Below, one piece after another: positions 15,613 to 29,233 of a stretch of 64,000 nt of DNA. This DNA comes from Chrysomallon squamiferum. Its lineage: Eukaryota > Animalia > Mollusca. The stretch covers positions 23,250,001-23,314,000 of the forward strand of contig CM022672.1 in NCBI GenBank assembly GCA_012295275.1, read 5' to 3'. The notes beneath the pieces were generated by a model. It had not been told where the DNA came from, searched no databases, and saw nothing but the letters and a program-made list of their open reading frames with translations. Position 1 is the stretch's first letter, and every line of letters starts with the position of its first letter. Made by a program: the position numbers and the translations under genes.

Positions 15613-16048
15613 GCATACGTATATACTACATACTTACATTAACATGTACATACATACATACATACATAAATACATAGACACAAATTAATATCCATATTTA
15701 CAGTCTGACCGACAAAGAGCCAGACAAACAAAAAGAGGATTATAAAGTATGAAGTTGATTAATTTGAATATTTATATACTAGGGTAGAGTCAGACGATCT
15801 AGTTAATTACGAGGTGTGACTTTTGTAAATAGCCTAGAGATAGGAACTAAATAATTAATTAAACAACAACTATGTAACTGAAGCAGGTCGTGACGCAGTT
15901 GTCTTCCAATTCAGTGAAACACAAGAAAAATGATTGATTGGTCAAGAGCCTTAGGATTGGAAATAATCACGAAAACATAAAATTTAAAAAATTACGCATG
16001 TTTTAAGATAATGTTGATCAACATTTTTTTTTTTTTTTCAATTAGGAA

Positions 16049-16093
16049 GCGGAAAAGGTATCGATCAAATTTTTCAAAATTTGGTTATAAAAG
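16049..16093 (+). promoter_or_regulatory. Gene 2 core promoter
   Basis: CGGAAA...ATCGATCAAA at 16060, TATAAAAG at 16086, donor CAG|GTAAGC at 16162. Confidence 0.75.
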
Positions 16094-16628
16094 TGTCGTG
16101 AATGGGCAGTTCGATAACCAGATCCGTCTTGTTTTCCATAGCGACATTTACCAAGACTCAGGTAAGCTTTTTCATTTTATTTTATTTTATTTTATTTTAT
16201 TTTCAAATACGATTATTTGGTAAAGCGTATGGAAAATGTAGCTTAATTCGAATTAATTCTTATTTGTTATAATGTTCAATATAAACGCGTTCGATTCAAG
16301 ACTGTTTGATAATTTAAGCCTATTTAACTGTTAGTATTGTTAGTAGTACTGATAGTGGCAGTAATGGTGGTAGAGGCTGTACTAGTAGTCTCCCTTTTTA
16401 TTTAAATTTTGTTAAGTAGTAAGCATAAACAACTGTTTTTAATATATTGGTTGCTATTATTACTTGTTTAACTATTCAAAGTCTGTTTTTGTGATGCTCT
16501 GCTAATTAATTAGTTAATAAGTTTATTTTAATATGAACTAATTAATAACAAAAAAATGATCTGGAGAGGATAGTTAAAGATGTTATTACTTTTGAAAATC
16601 GGAATCATGCTAATGCTCATGCTTGTCG

Positions 16629-16686
<58 letters not shown>

Positions 16687-16929
16687 CACGAAAAAACAAC
16701 AATAAAAACGAAAAACAACAAAACGAAAGAAACAACAAGAAACTGTATAAGCTTTGTACTAACTAACTAACCCAGGAAAAAAACTGTTCAGATAATTTAA
16801 TCAAACGTTATATGTTTCTATTTCTAACAGTTCTCCATTACACGATTAATTAATTCATTCATTCATTACTTACGCATTGAGCATGCTATTTTTTATTATT
16901 ATTATTATTTTTTTTTTTAGCCTTCAAAA

Positions 16930-17289
16930 ATGATGAAACTTCTAATCCTCGCTGTGGCTTGTCTTTCAATGACATACGCCTACTCGCGATACGGCTACAG
17001 AAATTGTGGTTTTGCTGGATGCGGCACCGGTTATGCTATGCGATACAATAGCGGAGGATACGGCCTAGGTTACGGCCTAGGATCAGGCTACGGATCTGGC
17101 ATTGGTTACGGCCTGGGATACGGCATGGGAATGGGCTTAGGAGGAGGATTGGGCTTGGGAATGGGTTACGGAAGTGGATATGGTATGGGATACGGACTGG
17201 GTCTTGGCAGTGGATATGGTTCGGGTTACGGACTGGGTCTTGGCAGTGGCTATGGTTACGGGATGAAAAGCTACCGTTACGGAAAATAG
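16930..17289 (+). CDS. Gene 2: secreted Gly/Tyr-rich structural protein, 119 aa, YRYGK tail
   Basis: Signal MMKLLILAVACLSMTYA, CGFAGC pair, GLGSGYG repeats. Predicted introns 16162-16920 and 17300-17757; AATAAA at 17870. Confidence 0.92.
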   Translation: MMKLLILAVACLSMTYAYSRYGYRNCGFAGCGTGYAMRYNSGGYGLGYGLGSGYGSGIGYGLGYGMGMGLGGGLGLGMGYGSGYGMGYGLGLGSGYGSGYGLGLGSGYGYGMKSYRYGK

Positions 17290-18866
17290 ATATATAATAG
17301 TAAGTAAATAACGTCAAATTTTAGATTTTATCTTTCTTTTTATTTATTTTTTTTTTTCTAGCTGTGTTTATCTGTCTTCTCTCCTGTCTTGATTTCTGCG
17401 TGTGTCTGTCTACGTTTATGTTTTAGATCAGATATTATTCTTGAAAATTATGAATTCATTGGATTATAATGTTTACCAGCTTATTACACTTTAGTCTTTG
17501 TAATGTTAACAGTAAAAATTAATAGTAATACTATTATTAGTATTAGTAGAAAAATAATAGGTTAATAGTAGTGTACTAGCAGTATTAGTATTAGTATTAT
17601 TATTAGTATTAGTGGTATTAGTAGTATTAGTAATTATAATAAATTTAAATGAAAATATGGCAGAAATTGTATTTTCGCATTCTTAATCGTTATTTTGTCA
17701 AAACGACACAAAATAAAATTTTGTTAAATTATATGTATTCTGTATATATCTTCGCAGATGGTGCCGATAACAGAATGGACGTAAAGAACTGTCCCAAAAG
17801 AAATATGAAGATTACTACTACAAGTACTTGTGAAAAGAACCACGCTCAAACTATGTAAACTTTTGCACAAATAAATTTAGCTTTTTGTATATATTTGTCA
17901 GTTATTGTATATGTAATCATAATAGTGGAATAATATGTTTTGTATAATGGGCAACACATATAAAAGAAAACTAAAGATTACTACATGGATGGATACACCT
18001 GATGAAATGAATAATGACACTTAACATATTTGTAATGCTAATCGTTATATTAGTATGATATGGTTTCTTTTTACGGATGATAAATGAGTGGAAATCAGCT
18101 GCTAATAGTCTTTTGACTAATTGCCAGCAGTGATTTCTTAAATACAAGAAATAGATCTTTCATAAGCACCATCTCACAGACAAGAAAACCAAATTTTCAT
18201 TGAACTTTGGCAAAACGCGGCATGGGTTATTGAACTGAATGAGCAACAGTTCAGTAGGTTTTTAGAGAAAGACTGATCACTTATTTGCAAACATCATGTT
18301 CACACACACACACACACTCACACACACATACACACAGACATACATCAAAAGAAATATAAAACAAAATTTAACTGGGAATATGTTTCATAGAAAACAATAC
18401 AGTAATAAAAATAACAACAACAACACCACCACACAACCACCACCACCAGTAATAATAATAAAATTAATAAATATTTTGATGACAATAATAAGATTACGAC
18501 TACGGTGATAGTGATGATGATGATGATGATGATGATTATGATGATAAATAAATTAAGAATTAACATTAGAAAAGATAACATATATATATAAGGAAAACTG
18601 AGAAGGTTATAGAGTTAAAGAAAAACCTTTAAATAAAATCTTTAAAACATAAGTACAGTTCCAAAGTGAATCCCAAAGAACAAACAATGAAACAAAAGCC
18701 GTAATATTAACCAAATGCAAAGAGTTAAAAAGTACCAGTAAATTACAAAATTATGAAAATAATGAAAATTAATGAATAAGTGATGTTAATTTGTTGTATT
18801 TTATTAAATTACTGTCATTAATAGATAATATTAGCATAGACGTAATCCGATCACATATTTGATTAT

Positions 18867-19019
18867 TTTAGCTTCCATGTAAAGCACAAAGCTTGTATCG
18901 AAATAGGTCAAGGAAGGGAAGTAACTCATAAAAAAATGTATGTACGGAACTCGGTTTTAGTTTAGCTTCCACATAAAACACAAAGCTCGTATCGAAATAG
19001 GTCAAGGAAGGGAAGTATC
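18867..19019. repeat. ~60 bp direct repeat, 2 copies
   Basis: 'tttagcttcca..taaa.cacaaagct.gtatcgaaataggtcaaggaagggaagta' at ~18867 and ~18961. Confidence 0.8.
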
Positions 19020-20764
19020 TATAGCTATTGAATTCATTAAAAACTTTACTTGGATATATAATATATGTATACTAGTATTTGGTTTGAACATATGTAAGAT
19101 ATTCAGTGTTTATGTTGCCAAATGACCTAAATCAATTACTGATTCTCCACAGATTTTGAAAGAAAAATGAAGGCAAATTTTATTCAGATAAAAATTCGTA
19201 ATTTTTTTTTATATCAAAGACATCTTGAAGTCATTTTAATATGTGTTTCTGATGATATATAATTTTATAGGAAAATTACGTTTTTGAAAAATTTGTCACA
19301 TCCCAATTATTCGTTTGCGAAAAAATAAATGTTGTTTTCTATTTCTCATCATGAAGCAAAACAACATCTTAAGAAAACAAAAGGGTCAACAAGGTTAATT
19401 TACCACTTTTCAAGCATATGTTAGTTTGAATTTAGAACCCGAATCTGATCTTGTTCAGCCAAGCGGTACAACGGTACATAAGTCCAATCACGACTTTCTG
19501 GGAGAGAAGGGGGTCTGTTCTTGGCGATCATTTATGTGAAAACCATGAAATATTTAAAAAAGACAATTTTGTAAATTCCTAAATAATTGCATGTTTGGGA
19601 TTTATATGATATGTAATTTGTTTAATTTATCATATTCGTGTTAAAGCTATGTCACAAATTGTGATATTTACCTATTAATATACTTACTGTGTAATGAATG
19701 CAATACTGAATAAGGTTATACTATATGTTATGGCTATAAGGGTAGACTATTGTTTATGGCTATAAGTATAGATATTTTATGTTTCATTCAGAAATTATGA
19801 ATGAATTTATTTGCTACAACGTATATTAATATAAAGTAGAAATTGTTAGTTCATATATTTAGTAACGCTTGTATAATATAATCAATCAATCAGTCAAATA
19901 ATCTCTTGGCTTACTTGAAAAGATAAATGTAGTTGTCTATGCTGTCTCTCAGTGTGTGTATTTATGTGTGTATCTGTGTGTGTGTTTTGTGTGTGTATAT
20001 ATATATACGTACAGACACATATATATACACATACATATACTAATCTGACACATATGCATGCATACACGAATTAAATCAGTTTAAATATGCACCTTTACGC
20101 AGTTTTCTGATGCACCGCTAACATTAATAATAATGATAATTAAAAATACTTATGAGGTGAAAAGTAAGGACACTTTATTCAAAACACATAAAACTCTGAA
20201 TGTCCGATGAGGCTGAGCTAATGGAATTAAGGGTCATCGTTTAAAATGGCGCTATATTAAATAATTTTAATGAGGCGTCCACCTTAATTTTACTTATATA
20301 CTGATTATGTATTATTATCACTTTATTACATATCTCTTAACAAAATGTTGTCTGAAACATGACACTTGGTGTGTGATGCATCCTTTATTATAGCGACATT
20401 CCTTGTCTGAATATATATTAATAAAAACTGATAATAAAAAAGGTAAAGGAACAAGCAAACAAACACAGACAGACAGATAAATAGATAGGTAGTTAGGTAG
20501 AGATATATGTGTATACTATACTACTACTACTAATAATTATAATAATAATAACAGCTACATGAACTAATCTTTTTTGTTAAGATGTACATCATCAGTTATA
20601 TATTTCTATATCTATCTATATCTATATCTATAAAATATCGAAATAGAAAAAATAATTAAATAAACAAATTATGTAATACTAAATAATATTTAAAAACTTA
20701 CAGAAATATAAGTAAATAAAAATAAAATGAAAAATAAACAAATAATAAATAAATAAATAAATAA

Positions 20765-20795
<31 letters not shown>

Positions 20796-20830
20796 AAAAA
20801 TAAAAATGAAAGAATGAATAAATGAATGAA

Positions 20831-20865
<35 letters not shown>

Positions 20866-21432
20866 ATGCCCCTGATACAATCTGCAAAATTTTCTCCAGT
20901 TAAAAAGAACATGAAGAAAACTCCAGCTAGACAGAGTAATGTTACGCTTTCTCAAATGATGTTTAACTTCCTTAGTTTCAAATACGCAAGCTAATCCAGT
21001 CAGAACTGCTCACATATCCAGGTTTGATAATGAACACTAGAGATACAATTTAAAAGGTTCAGTGAATACACATTTTTTTGGCAATAACATCGTAATCTAA
21101 AGCAGACACGTGAAGGAAAAACAGTGTCATGGAGAACAAACTATAAATATGTATATCTCTAAAAAATATTTTGTGTGCGTATGTCGAGGTCTGTATTGAT
21201 GGTTATATAGCGTTAAAATGATCACGTGAGATCCTAAGTTTAAGAACGCACCCAATAACTCTACACAGACTGCTGTTTTACAAAATTTACGCTAATTTTT
21301 TTTTTTTACATCAAACTTCAGAACATCACGTTCGTATCTCGAGTTAAGCAGTACTACTACGCTTGTATAAACATTAGTAATAAAAAGAAATGCTTGGAAT
21401 CTAAGGGAGCCGATTTTGCAATAATACTTGTC

Positions 21433-21483
<51 letters not shown>

Positions 21484-22139
21484 CCCGATTTAATTACATT
21501 TATCATAAAAACACATTATGTAATTAAAGTGGTGACATTAAATATTAAATAAATATATTTAATGAAATCACAAATTTATTTTATGTACATGTTTTATAAA
21601 TAATTATTAAATGATAATAATAACAAAATAACAATGCACAAATATGCTAAACTGTGTAATAAACCATGTGTTTACTTCCGACTGACAAAATCTGACATAT
21701 ACCTTTCATTTATTAGGATTATAAACGTACAAAAATTATTAAAAACTACATACTCTGAAAAAATGTATTTATTTCTTAAATATTTATTACTTGAAATATA
21801 AGTATTCATACTAATTTCGATTAACATATTTATGATTTAGTTTTGTGATTCATTAGATATAAAAGAACTAATAACCCATAAATGTTTTATAGCTGAATGA
21901 TATACCTCTAAACTAGATGAAATAGTACATCAGTCATTCAAATACTAAAACAGTTCCGCGTACGTTTGTCCAAAAATAAAATAAAAGGATAAATGTTATT
22001 TATTGTAGTTTTGATGCTTAGAAGTCAAAAGCGGTATTAAAGTGTAACTACCAGAGCTCATAAAAATAAACGGTATAACATTACGTTAATATTTTTTATT
22101 ATTATTATTTTATTTTTTAAAGGTTTTATTTCCTTCTTT

Positions 22140-22935
22140 CTTTATTTATTTAATTATTTTGATGGAGGGGCAGCCTACCATCATTCATATCAACGTAAGA
22201 CAATAAAACATTTTGCTTCTTTAAAACTGGAATAGTGACCTCATCGCGTACATGCCAGACTGATAGATGTATTTTTTTTTTGTCTGATAATAGATACAAT
22301 CTTAGAGCGAATAGATATAGCTTTGTACGTAGTGACGTCACGACTATGGAAAAATGTGGATATTTTTCAGTTGTACTTTTTAGCTATACACACATATTTT
22401 GTACGAAAGGAGAACATTTCTGACAGTTTCGTTGGCTGTCCACAGTATACTTTAATATTCATTCGAATAGAAAAGAAAAAATAATATATATATAGCGGGT
22501 ATTGTCCTCACCAGAACTCGTGGCGTTCATTCACTCGCCGCATTGTTTACGTGTCGAGTCGCCACAGTTGTGTATCGTCAATTTTCTTTATATTTTTAAT
22601 TATACCTAATTATTCGTGTATTTAGACGCCTTGGTACCAGAAGACCTAAAAATCCAGAAATCCGGAATGCCGCAGGCCCTAAAGAGTCCGAATAATTATA
22701 TATAACTTTAAATTGTACTCTTTGCTTGTTATATTTAGCTATACACATATATTTTGGACGAAAGGAGAACAATTTTGACAGTTTCTTTGGCTCTCCACAG
22801 TACACTTTAATATTCATTCGAACAGAAAAGAAAGAAGATAAAAAAATATAAAGAAACAAAAACAACAAAAACATTTCCCAAAACATTAAAACAAAATAAA
22901 ACTGTTATTTACAAACGCTCCCTCATAAATAAATA
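22140..22935 (+). repeat. ~0.8 kb repeat with internal ~100 bp direct repeat; inverted copy at ~26850-27370
   Basis: 22379-22478 resembles 22734-22832. Segments 22163-22190, 22240-22350, 22735-22830 and 22855-22925 match the reverse complement of parts of 26850-27370. Confidence 0.8.
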
Positions 22936-24787
22936 TTAATATACAACAAATACCGATATTACTACAAAACTGATTTCTGTAGATCATTTGTATGATGCAT
23001 CGAAACGTTTAGCTAACGTTTCTAAATTCTGCTTTCCTGTTTTATAATGTTGTTAATAAATACTATGAAGAACTTGAGCAAGTTTTCTTGTGTTGTAAAA
23101 ATATGTTATTGTTCTCACAGACGTCTTGTTGAATGCAGCATTATATGGACACATTTAAAGCGAAGCCAACGAATAGCATATCGACTTTTCTTGGTGCTAA
23201 TCATTGTGAAATTTCCTAACAGTCTACATAAATAAAATAAATGTGTGTGTGTTTTGTGTGTGTGTGTGTGTGTGAGTGTCTGTACGTGTTTTAAACAGCG
23301 GTGTGGGGAACACTGGGTAGAGCTGTGATGACCACAATTTTGGCGACATCTACATCAGTAACTGTCTATCGTCTTTAGTTAATCAGCTTTGACGAGTTTG
23401 TATAATGTATGTTATTTTAATAATGTAACGTCATATGAAAAGAATGATGCTGCAACAGTTCGCGTCTTAGTCTATTTTCGACATAAGATGTAAACATTTC
23501 ATTGGCAGAAAAGTGTAATTAAAAACAGTAAGAAAATAAGTAGCCTATTTTATTTTTATCCTTTTGAGTAAAAATTAGCTGGAAACAGGAAACAAATATT
23601 ATATTCATGACTTTAAAAAATATTTTAAATCTGTATATATTTTTCTCTTATGATCATCCCTTCGTTGGATGTTCAAGACTTGGAAATGGGTATAATTTAT
23701 TCATCCACACTCCCAAAGGAAAAACCAAGAATGATATATACCCCACAGCCTTACCCCAGAGATCTCCAAATGAGGGCTTTTATTATTTACTTAAGTAAAT
23801 TGTTTGATCATTAAAGTTCGGTTTAATTATTCTAAACCTTTAATTATATGGCCCGAAGTCCGAAGTAATGAAGCGCAGCCATTAATTTGTAAAACAAATT
23901 AATTAAATGATCAAACTGAATAGTTTTAACCATACTGTCTATTATTCGCGTCAGTCATACGTTTTATAATAAATGCTAAGCGAAAAGAAACCTGTATCGG
24001 TCACTTCATGTTTTGTAAAATGTACTTATTAAAATATTTGTGAACAAAGATCAGTAAAACTTACCCATTTAATAATATATTTCAAACATTAACACAAATG
24101 AAAATGTAATAATAAACACGCACACAGAGTGAAACATACAATAATTTCATAATCAAATATTAATAGATAAATATATAGGTAATCTAATATTACATAAATC
24201 AAGAGATTATATAGTACCCTTACAATTTCAGGTAATAGACAAACTTAATAGAATTTCAGATACACATATAGTTGCACAGAAACATATACGCATATACAGA
24301 ATATTAATAATGAGTAAATATGCAATTACGTCTAAGAACCTTTATTGTCATTCAGTACAATAAAACTGTTTTTTTTGTATAAATATACTTATTACATGGG
24401 TTCATTGCTAGCACAATATTTTGTTTTAGATAAAAATATTAATAATGTCAAAGAAGACATTGTCAAGGAGAGTTGAAGGAGATTCACAGTCACGTATTAC
24501 GGCATCATCGAAAATTTTGTGAATTGCGTCATTTAAAAATGTCAATTTTTAAAAAATAATCAAAACAGCCTAAAGATAAATTTTCTTTTCATCCAGAATA
24601 GGCAATTAATCATTAAAAATGTAAAACAGCAGAATTCTGACATATTCAGCAAAAAAGTAATTAAATTTATCATCGTGGGAAACCCTCGGGAATTTTTAAC
24701 GAAGGGAAAATCAAAGAATTTGGTGGAAATTATTCATTTTTCGAAATAAAAAATTGCAGTCACATGATTATTTTCAAAATTTAATGA

Positions 24788-24830
24788 CCGGAACAAATCC
24801 ATCAAAGTTTTCAAAAGTCTGCTATAAAAG
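24788..24830 (+). promoter_or_regulatory. Gene 3 core promoter
   Basis: CCGGAACAAATCCATCAAAG (ATCCATCA at 24797), TATAAAAG at 24823, donor CAG|GTATGT at 24898. Confidence 0.8.
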
Positions 24831-24980
24831 TGTTGAGAGTTGAGGTTCAGTCAGCAAGTTAACAAAGCCTACCATAACTGCAAATAGCAGACCACAGGTA
24901 TGTATGTCTTTAATATTTTGTAGCCATTAATAAATAACTGATTTGGTAAAATATTTATTAAATATAATAGTTAACAACAG

Positions 24981-25051
<71 letters not shown>

Positions 25052-25238
25052 CAACTATATATATGTATGTATCTCTCTCTCTCCACTACTGATTTATCCA
25101 AGGTCATTGTGTAATGCTCTCTCTCTTCAAAACATTATACATGAAAGTATTATTTTATAAGGGTCGTGGCTCACAGATGAATACATGATTTCAAAATTCC
25201 CTATTTATATTTTAATTCCAGCCTTCAAAACCTTCAAA

Positions 25239-25616
25239 ATGATGAAACTCATAATCCTCGCCTTGGCTTGCCTGTCCATGGCAGCTGCCGGCGGCTACGG
25301 CTATGGAGGATATGGTTCTGGCTGGGGCTACGGAGGCTGGGGCTATGGTCTTGGAGCCGGTTACGGAGTGGGATACGTCCCCGTAGTATCCTACGGTTGG
25401 GGACCTAGCTATGGAGGTTATGGATTGGGACTTGGCTACGGCGGTTTCGGCGGCTACCACGGCTACGGCTTGGGAGGACTTGGCTGGGGAGGACTTGGTT
25501 GGGGAGGACTTGGCGCTGGATTCGGAGTTGGAATGGGAGGCGTAGGTGTTGGTGTTGGTGTTGGTGTTGGAGTCGGCACTGGAATCGGCGGTACTGGACA
25601 CCATGGATATTATTAA
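25239..25616 (+). CDS. Gene 3: secreted Gly/Tyr/Trp-rich protein, 125 aa, GHHGYY tail
   Basis: True start is the MM at 25239 (the upstream ORF extension crosses acceptor CAG at 25221). Contains YVPVVSY, GGLGW and a (GV)n block. Predicted introns 24898-25221 and 25617-25990; AATAAA at 26092. Confidence 0.93.
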   Translation: MMKLIILALACLSMAAAGGYGYGGYGSGWGYGGWGYGLGAGYGVGYVPVVSYGWGPSYGGYGLGLGYGGFGGYHGYGLGGLGWGGLGWGGLGAGFGVGMGGVGVGVGVGVGVGTGIGGTGHHGYY

Positions 25617-26620
25617 GTAAATATGATAATTTTCAGTCATTATTCTATTTTCATTCCGATTTGTTTAGGAAATAAAAATAATCTAAATTAACACTTATAA
25701 GAAACAAACAAACAGATACACACACACACACACACACACAGAAAAAAAAAACACACTCACAAAAAGAACAAATATAAAATTAATAAAAACTCAAAGATAT
25801 TTTTCCTTAATAATAAAAATGATGATAATGATTATTATTATTATTATTATTATTATTTATTATTATTATTATTATTTGTTGTTGTACACTGATTAGATTT
25901 ATATTCTCTATTCCATTCCCTGAAAACAAAATGTCGTAAAAACAAAATGTCAAGGTATATATGTATAAAATGTTTGTCTCTTTTGTACAGATAATTCCGG
26001 AAAAAGTCAACATTTCCTCTGGTGAAAACGGATCCAAACTTTACGGTTTTTGGACTATGTTAAACTGTCAATTTATGTAAACGTTTACATGAATAAAATT
26101 TGCATAAGTACATTTGTCAGTTACTATTTATTTATTTATATATTTTTGAATTTTTGATTGTAAACAGATCTTGATTATTACAACAAACAGAGAAATTGTG
26201 ATTTGTCATCAGACATATGACAGAGTTTATCAGGAAAATATATAATCGCTGTCTATAAAGATCGAAAATTCTTAAATTTATTGCGTAATTCATCTCTTCT
26301 GACATGAAGGTCAAGCTGTGGCTAAATAGACAAAATACGGACCAACACACGCAGGTCACAGGATCAAAACTCAGTAGTGCACCTACTAGACAATACCTCA
26401 TCAGTGGTTTGTCAAAGGTCTTTGTGAGTATTTTCCTCTATAGGGAAGATTATATAAAGCAGTTTTTTTTCTCCTTAACGAGAAGAATAGCCTTGGAACA
26501 AGTTTCCTCTTTGAAGTCTACATAAAAGTAAAATAAAATCATAATCATATGTTATTTATTGTATTTAGTAAAGGTTCAAATAACTATAAAAGATAGTAGA
26601 TCTATTTAAAAAGAAATTTA

Positions 26621-26666
<46 letters not shown>

Positions 26667-26714
26667 GCAACAATAATAACTAAAATGAAAAATGTCTTAA
26701 AAAGATATAAATAT

Positions 26715-27413
26715 CTCGGTATTATTTTTCACAAAATGTTTTATTTGTTTATTTATTTATTTTTATGGAGGGGGCAGTCTGCCACCATTCATATCAATGC
26801 ATGACAAAATAAAAAAAATAAAAATAACGTATATGCCAGACTGATAGATATATTCATTTTTGAGGGACCGTTTCTAAATAACAGTTTTATTTTATTTTAA
26901 TGTTTTGGGAAATGTTTTTGTTGTTTTTGTTTGATTAAATATATATATTTTTTTAATTTTATTTTCAATTCGAATGAATATTAAAATGTTCTGTGGAGAG
27001 CCAACGAAACTGTCAAAAATGTTCTTCTTTCGTCCAAAATATATGTTTATAGCTAAAGAGCACAATTTAAAAATATCTGCGCGTGAACATATTTTTTTAC
27101 AGTCGTGACGTCACTGCATACAAAGCTATATCTATTCGCTCTAAAATGTTCTCTATTATCAGACAAGTAAATATATCTATCAGTTTGGCATGTACACCAT
27201 GACGTCACTACTACAATTTTAAAGGAGCAAAATATTTTTGAACATAAATGCTTTATTTTTTTATTTATTTACTTATTTACTTTTATATACAAATACATAT
27301 ACATATATATATATATTTTTATCGTACATTGATTGATGAATGGTGGTAGACTGACCCCTCCATAAAAATAAATAAACAAACAAATAAAACATTTTGTGAA
27401 AAATAATACCGAG
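26715..27413. repeat. Fold-back segment with ~85 bp terminal inverted repeats
   Basis: 'ctcggtattatttttcacaaaatgttttatttg...ggagggggcagtctgccaccattcat' at 26715-26799 is the near reverse complement of 27328-27413. Confidence 0.8.
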
Positions 27414-27429
27414 GTGTTTCTAACTTTTT

Positions 27430-27645
27430 ACACTATCAAGCGTTGATTTTCCAAGATAAAACACTTTTTTGTAATCTTTGGGTAGCTAATAAAAATTAAG
27501 ACTTTCATTTTTTTTTTCTCACAGTTTACTGTTAGTTTCCATTTAGTGCAATAAGAATCAAAAACATTTAGAGACTTTTGCATATCTTTGTAATTATCAG
27601 CAAGGAGTAGAGAGTGATCAGCATAGAGGAAAAGAAAAAGAACAA
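27430..27645 (-). mobile_element. Non-LTR retrotransposon reverse-transcriptase fragment (CR1/L2-group-like), degenerate
   Basis: Translation FLFLYADHSLLLADNYKDMQKSLNVFDSYCTKWKLTVNCEKKKMKVLIF resembles the LINE RT (L/F)YADD...LQ..L......W.L.VN..KTK region. Confidence 0.85.
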
Positions 27646-28083
27646 TTGAAGTAGGTATCAAAAATCACTGAACAATTCGTCTATGTTTATGTCTTGGAAC
27701 CATTCATTTTAAATATGTCTTCTATATGACTGAGATAGAACATATTTAAAAACAGGCTTCGATCTGGAGTAAGTGTTCACTTTAATGACACTGTCTACAG
27801 CAACTGAAGCGTTCAGCCGTATCACTTAATCCTTTACTAATCCCTACAGACTGCGGGCACACTGAGGTTAAATCTTATTCATAAAGTTTGAAAGAAGCGA
27901 AAGTCTTCTTATGTAAGGTTATGTTTTGTTTTTATTACCTATTTATTTATTTTTATATTTAGTATTATTATTAGTATTATTATCGTAAATAAACAACCTT
28001 CTCCTTATTAATCATTTTTTATGATTCATTTTAGTTCTAAAGTCAATATTTTACACAAATGTAAATATTACTATTATTACTAC

Positions 28084-28117
<34 letters not shown>

Positions 28118-28893
28118 TAAATTTCTTTTTAAATAGATGTACTATCTTTTATAGTTATTTTAACCTTTAATAAATACAATAAATAATATATGATTATGAT
28201 TTTATTTTACTTTTATGTAGACTTCAAAGAGGAAACTTGTTTCCAAGGCTATTCTTCTCGTTAAGGAGAAAAAAAACTTCTTTATATAATCTTCCCTATA
28301 GAGGAAAATACTCACAAAGACCTTTGACAAACCACTGATGAGGTATTGTCTAGTAGGTGCACTATTGAGTTTTGATCCTGTGACCTGCGTGTGTTGGTCC
28401 GTGTTGTGTCTATTAAGCCACAGCTTGACCGTCATGTCAGAAGAGATAAATTACGCAATAAATTTAAGAATTTTCTTACTTTACAGACAGCGATTATACA
28501 TTTTCCTGATAAATTCAGCGTAGCTGACAACTCTGTCATATTTCTGATGACAAATCACAGTTTCTCTGTTTGTTGTAATAATCAACGATCTGTTTACGAT
28601 AAAAAAAAAAAAAAAAAAAAAAAACATTTATAAATAAATACATAGTAACTGACAAATATTTTACAATGCAAATTTTATTCATGTAAACGTTTACACAAAC
28701 TGACAGTTTTACATAGTCCAAAAACCGTAAAGATTGATTCCGTTTTCACCAGTGATAATCTTGAATTTTCCGGAATTACCTGTACAAAAGAGACAAACAT
28801 TTATATACATATATACCTTGACATTTTGTTTCTATGACATTTTGCTTTGACAGAATGGAATAAAGAATACAAATCTAATCAGTCTATATTGTC

Positions 28894-28938
<45 letters not shown>

Positions 28939-29101
28939 GTTGTTGTTGTTGTTGTTATTCTTATTGTTATCACCATCATCAGCAGCAGCATTATTAATAT
29001 TAAGGAAAAGATATCTTAGAATTGTTATTGTTCCTTTTTATGTTTGTTCTTTATCTGAGTGTGTTTCCTTTTGTGTCTCTCTGTATGTATGTATGTGTGC
29101 A

Positions 29102-29147
<46 letters not shown>

Positions 29148-29233
29148 TTCTTTCTTATAAGTGTTCATTTATATTTTTTTCCTAAACAAATCTGAATAAA
29201 AATAGAGTAATGACTGAAAATTATCATATTTAC

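Noticed and set aside
25185-25238. N-terminal ORF extensions of genes 3, 4, 8 and 9 in the ORF track
   Set aside because: They run through the conserved intron acceptor; the paralog-conserved MM is the likely start.
26132-26525. ORFs repeated at 28202-28633 and 35233-35523 (MRYCLVGALLSFDP...)
   Set aside because: Recur only because the 3' flank was duplicated; lengths and frames differ among copies and no domain is recognisable.
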